Source: Isurus oxyrinchus (Eukaryota). From it: a stretch of 64,000 nucleotides of DNA. The stretch lies in contig JANJGN010000031.1 in assembly GCA_026770705.1 (NCBI GenBank), positions 1,178,001 to 1,242,000 on the forward strand, in the 5' to 3' direction. Positions 62,056 to 64,000 of this stretch are shown here, one piece after another (positions within the stretch are counted from its first letter, which is position 1; each line of letters starts with the position of its first letter). The translations under genes and the position numbers were made by a program. The notes under the pieces were generated by a model. That model did not search any database, was not told where the DNA came from, and saw nothing but the letters and a program-made list of their open reading frames with translations.

Positions 62056-63419
62056 CTACTTGCAAAGCGTTTGGGGGCGCCTTGGGGTTACACCATTACT
62101 ACAGGAATACACATTTTCTGATTCTCTTCCTGAGCTTTGTATATGACGCAAGTGTATAGAGTGTCAAACCATTGAGATAAACCTGCCCGGCCCAAGCAAG
62201 CCCCCACCTTCCTGGTGAAAAGACACGCCCCTCTTTCTGTGATTGGCTCTAAGTGGGCGGGATGTGGGCTAGGACAGTCACTGGGTGATGTTCTGCTTAA
62301 GGTGTTACAGAACTTAGGGCAGAAACTGGAATCGTCCGCTCAATCTGGGCAAAGCAAACCAGGAAGGATATAGTAGGCTTGGAGGGATTGCAAAATGGAC
62401 TCACCAGAATGATACAGGGTATTTTATGCACATATTCTTTCATGGGATATGGGGATCGCTGGCAAGGCCAGCATTTGTTGCCTATCCCTAATTGCTCTTG
62501 AATTGAGTGGTATTTCAGAGAGTAGATAAGGGTGAACCACGTTGGACTGGAGTTAAATGCAGGCATTAGATATTTTTTCACCGCAGACAATAATAGAATT
62601 GTTCCATAGTCAGCATTACTCAGACTAGCTTTCAATCCCATATGTTTTTATCATTCATTGCATTTAAATTCCTCCAGCCCCCGTGTTAGGGTATGAACCT
62701 ATATCCCCTAGAGTATTACCACCACACCACACCCTCCACTGTTATCAAGAAATAACTGATTAAGTTAATTTACATCTGCGTTTCCTTGAGTACAGAAAAT
62801 GCGGGCGGCGAACTGATGTGAGTTTTTGGCATTTTAGAAGGAGTTTCAGGTGAACAGATGAAGCTGTTCTTTCCTCCAGAGTCGGGAACCAGAACAATAT
62901 AACTTCACAATTAGGACCAGACCGTTCAGGGAGAGGTCAGGAAACATTTGATCAGACAAAGCAAAGGGGAAAACTGGAACTTTTGCACCCCCCCCCCCCA
63001 ACATAAAAAAGGATGGTCATTGCTGGTGGTCGATTGGGCATTTCAAATTAAAATTTATAGATTTTCCTTCTTTAGTTTATTGAGCAATGTAGACTGGTTG
63101 CGATTGAATAAAGGTCATCTATCATCTAATTGAATTAAATGACGCATTGCATAGTGGCAATGTCATTGGACAACAAATCCAGAGATGCAAGATAATGCTC
63201 CAGACCACGGGTTCCACTCCAACCTTGGCAACTGGAGGAATTTGAATTCAATGCATTAATAAACATCTTCAATCTTGAGCAAGGAAACCTTCTGCAGATT
63301 AGCAACTACTGCCAGATCCAGTTGCCCATCCCCACCTCTCCGCCTTAACTCACCCACCATCCAATTCAGTTGATGAATCAGTAATCCTCCATGTCGAATT
63401 CTAATTGTAAAAAAAAAGC

Positions 63420-64000
63420 TGAGCATGCCAATCAAGGACACAGAATGTTTACAGTGCTGGGCGCTTCAATGTCCATCACCAAGGCTGTCTCAGTAGCACC
63501 ATTACTGGCTGAGTCCAAAGGGTTATAGCTTCGAGACTGGGCCTGCGATAGGTACTGAGGAAGCCAAGCAGGAAACATTTACCTGACTTCATCCTCACCA
63601 ATCTAACTGTCGCAAATCCATCTGTCCATGACAGTGTTGACAGGAGAGACCACTGCAAGGTCTTCATTGATAAAATGTCCCATCTTCACATTAACAATAC
63701 TGTCCATTGTATAGTGTGGTACTATAACTATGCTAAATGGATTTCAAACAAATCAACAACTCAAAACTGGGCATCGACGAAGTGCTGTGGGCCATCAGCA
63801 GCAACGGAATTAAAATCGAACACAATCTGTAACCACATGGCCCCACATATCCCCCCCATCCCCCACCCACCACTCTATAACATTACCATCAAGCCAGGAG
63901 AACAAACCAGGAGTTCAATGACGAGTCGAGAAGGAGGTGCCCAGGCAACACCAGGTACAGCTAAAAATGAGCTATCAGCCTGGTGAAGCCACAACACAGG
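63420..64000 (+). mobile_element. LINE endonuclease-region fragment (runs off the window)
   Basis: cttcaatgtccatcaccaag...cctgacttcatcctcacc...agagaccactgcaaggtc, similar to GDFN-H / LDL-L / SDH motifs of APE domains. Confidence 0.6.

Noticed and set aside
1-64000. second D-J-C cluster, trypsinogen, MOXD2/DBH-like or EPHB6 exons expected from TRB synteny
   Set aside because: no second GGGAC D core with RSSs, no second C exon, and no recognisable serine-protease or Eph motifs found by eye; short diverged exons could have been missed

Overview
Eukaryotic (vertebrate) genomic DNA, most likely from a cartilaginous fish (shark-type TCR constant region and repeat families). The window holds the 3' end of a T-cell receptor beta (TRB) locus. 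On the + strand are one D-beta (GGGACAGGGGGGA, with 12/23 RSSs), eight intact-looking J-beta segments, four to five decayed J segments further toward C, and a four-exon C-beta gene (Ig C1 domain, Cys hinge, Lys-containing transmembrane exon, tail TSYSKRFD). On the - strand, 3' of C-beta, is a cluster of five inverted V segments with 23-bp RSSs. All five carry inactivating lesions. Two resemble mammalian inverted TRBV30/Trbv31, and one has IgH-V-like framework features and a deletion ending exactly at its RSS heptamer. An RSS-less copy of one J plus its intron sits upstream of D. A candidate E-beta enhancer, a D-beta promoter and CTCF-like sites are visible. The rest is CR1-type and other LINEs, Penelope-like elements, SINEs, micro/minisatellites and one 138-N gap. 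Most ORFs in the supplied track are spurious or retroelement-derived. All homology statements come from reading the sequence by eye against remembered family consensus, not from database searches. Repeat boundaries are approximate.
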